Positions 62,736-64,000 of a stretch of 64,000 nt of DNA are shown one piece after another. Position 1 is the first letter of the stretch. Each line of letters starts with the position of its first letter. Source of the stretch: a virus (lineage: Duplodnaviria > Heunggongvirae > Uroviricota > Caudoviricetes > Crassvirales); IMG/VR virus record IMGVR_UViG_2974789816_000001, one strand, 5' to 3'. The position numbers and the translations under genes were made by a program. The notes under the pieces were generated by a model. The model was given only the letters and a program-made list of their open reading frames with translations. It had not been told where the DNA came from and did no database searches.

Positions 62736-62972
62736 TTACTTCCATATTATAGTCATCTCCTTTTCAAATCTTACTACTTCACTTGGAGTAATAGCTATCA
62801 AGTTACCAAATACCTTAATATATGCCTGTCTCTTGATAACTATTTCTTCCTTTATTACCCTTTCCATGAATACTTCATGATTTCTCTTTAACATATCCAT
62901 GTGTAATTTCTTTGATTGCTTGTAATTCTTTGAACTACATATTGCATTAGGATTTACTCTATATCTTGCCAT
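62736..62972 (-). CDS. hypothetical small protein
   Basis: 78-aa ORF. Confidence 0.25.
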   Translation of the reverse strand: MARYRVNPNAICSSKNYKQSKKLHMDMLKRNHEVFMERVIKEEIVIKRQAYIKVFGNLIAITPSEVVRFEKEMTIIWK

Positions 62973-62975
62973 AAC

Positions 62976-63164
62976 TTAGTCCATTAAGTCCCATAAATAA
63001 GATTCATACTCACATGCAATTTCCTCATAAGTTAGTTTGGCTTCCTCTAAATATTCTGAGAGAAAATTACTTACTTGTTGGAAATTGTTAATATCACCAT
63101 TGTATGTGACATTAAGCCACTTTTCACAAAAGTGAACAGCAGCTTTCTGTTTATCTGTAGTCAT
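62976..63164 (-). CDS. hypothetical small protein
   Basis: 62-aa ORF directly upstream of the previous one. Confidence 0.25.
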   Translation of the reverse strand: MTTDKQKAAVHFCEKWLNVTYNGDINNFQQVSNFLSEYLEEAKLTYEEIACEYESYLWDLMD

Positions 63165-63333
63165 ATTTGATTGTTTTTAGGTATATTTCTAGTTTTTACA
63201 TTCATAAATTATTGCTGCTGTCAGTATTACTAAAGTACAAATTATATGTATTGCTAACATAGTATTCAGTAAATATAGCTATAGAATTGTATATGTTGTT
63301 GCTTATAACACAAGGTAAAAAAAAAGAAGGTAT

Positions 63334-63360
63334 AAGGTAGGAGATTTTTGCTCCTACCTT
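63334..63360. terminator. Bidirectional terminator hairpin aaggtaggag-atttttg-ctcctacctt flanked by A9 (upstream) and T10 (downstream).
   Basis: Read directly. It is downstream of the minus-strand gene ending at 63380. Confidence 0.6.
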
Positions 63361-63379
63361 GTAATTTTTTTTTCAGCTA

Positions 63380-63661
63380 TCAGATAGAAACTCTATTAAT
63401 ATCTAACTCACCCCCCTTCTCCAATGTGAGAAGTTTAGCCTTGGTCAAATCAATAGATTCTCCAACTCCTACAGTAGCATCATTAGCAAGAGGAATATAA
63501 GTCTGTCCTCCTCCTACCATCATAAAGCAAACTGAGTTGCCATATTGTGATGGTACTACTGTTGCAGACTCTACTGCCTGAATTTCTTCCTGAGTAAATG
63601 CTCGTGAAGATTTAACACTCCATTTTCCTGCATAAGTTCTAAGAGTTGAGAAAATGTTCAT
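63380..63661 (-). CDS. hypothetical protein
   Basis: 93-aa ORF, first gene downstream of the repeat-rich window edge. Confidence 0.3.
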   Translation of the reverse strand: MNIFSTLRTYAGKWSVKSSRAFTQEEIQAVESATVVPSQYGNSVCFMMVGGGQTYIPLANDATVGVGESIDLTKAKLLTLEKGGELDINRVSI

Positions 63662-63711
63662 ACAAACTTACCAATGCCCTTTGGATTTATTTTGGTATCT
63701 GGCACACCTGT

Positions 63712-63747
63712 TAAATGATAAATGATAAATGATAAATGCTAAAATGC
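63712..63747. repeat. Tandem heptamer array taaatga x3 + taaatgc + taaaatgc.
   Basis: Read directly: ttaaatgataaatgataaatgataaatgctaaaatgc. Confidence 0.6.
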
Positions 63748-63772
63748 AACTATTGTGGAGTTGCAAAGGCAC

Positions 63773-63867
63773 AGGAGGAGTAATGAGCTATACTAATATC
63801 ACATATATGATATGATATAACTGATAACTAACCTTAGTGTGTCAAGAACAAAGGAGGAGTAATGAGC
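63773..63867 (+). repeat. Two direct copies of AGGAGGAGTAATGAGC(T/C)AT (63773..63788 and 63852..63867) ~80 bp apart. Each has a perfect SD-like AGGAGG + ATG opening only a 9-10 codon ORF. The first is preceded by the inverted repeat tgcaact...agttgca (63744..63764).
   Basis: Read directly. Confidence 0.5.
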
Positions 63868-64000
63868 CATGCTGATAATATATTGCTGTAATAGAGCTTT
63901 GAGATAATAATATTGCTTCTACCTTGCCATTCTTTATACAATATAATCATTGTCTTGAAGAGGATAATAATAGTCTTGATTATCTCTATCACCATAATAT

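Noticed and set aside
1-64000. CRISPR arrays, integrase/attachment sites, reverse transcriptases (DGR/retron).
   Set aside because: No spaced direct-repeat arrays, no tyrosine/serine recombinase motifs and no RT motif (YxDD) ORFs were seen on either strand. The window looks like the interior of a lytic phage genome.

Overview
AT-rich (~30% GC), densely coding window that reads as a segment of a crAss-like (Crassvirales-type) podophage genome; that placement is inferred from gene content and motifs only, not from any database search. Most of the window is built from two opposed blocks. Block 1 is plus strand, 1..19465: virion and tail-associated genes. They include a 1453-aa protein, a 930-aa protein with a lytic-transglycosylase (E-S...GIMQW) motif, and a 2396-aa giant protein. 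It ends in a bidirectional terminator hairpin (19480..19509) facing block 2. Block 2 is minus strand, 19520..~61100 (minus-strand genes continue to 63661): the first two genes are giants of 1473 and 2280 aa. The 2280-aa one carries a DFDID catalytic-loop motif and looks like the crAss-type virion RNA polymerase. A long minus-strand replication and nucleotide-metabolism operon follows. Its confident members are ThyX, family-A DNA polymerase, dUTPase, NrdG, NrdD, Ung, a TOPRIM primase and an SF2 helicase. Less certain members are a Sak4/AAA_24-like ATPase and a DnaB-like helicase. The operon is littered with homing-endonuclease biology. nrdD is split into two exon ORFs by a ~1.06 kb insert carrying an HNH endonuclease, probably a group I intron. 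A free-standing AP2-like homing-endonuclease ORF sits between nrdD and nrdG. A frameshifted NUMOD4...NUMOD1 homing-endonuclease remnant lies in the 'empty' gap upstream of the primase gene. There are also at least two PD-(D/E)XK nucleases. The operon also holds unexpected cargo. A translationally coupled E1-like (ThiF/MoeB-fold) + JAB/MPN+ metalloprotease pair is the most interesting candidate 'system'. A HicA/HicB-like pair, a membrane-anchored retropepsin-like aspartic protease, an SPFH/band-7 lipoprotein flanked by small membrane proteins, and a type-I phosphoribosyltransferase are also present. One tRNA-Arg(UCU) on the minus strand is well supported, with tRNA-like debris beside it. Genes lack Shine-Dalgarno sequences, and two gene starts carry TAnnTTTG (-7) motifs, so a Bacteroidota host is inferred. 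The right edge holds tandem 7-mers, and a duplicated AGGAGGAGTAATGAGC unit sits about 80 bp apart. Functional calls come from motif-level reading only and need HMM/BLAST confirmation.
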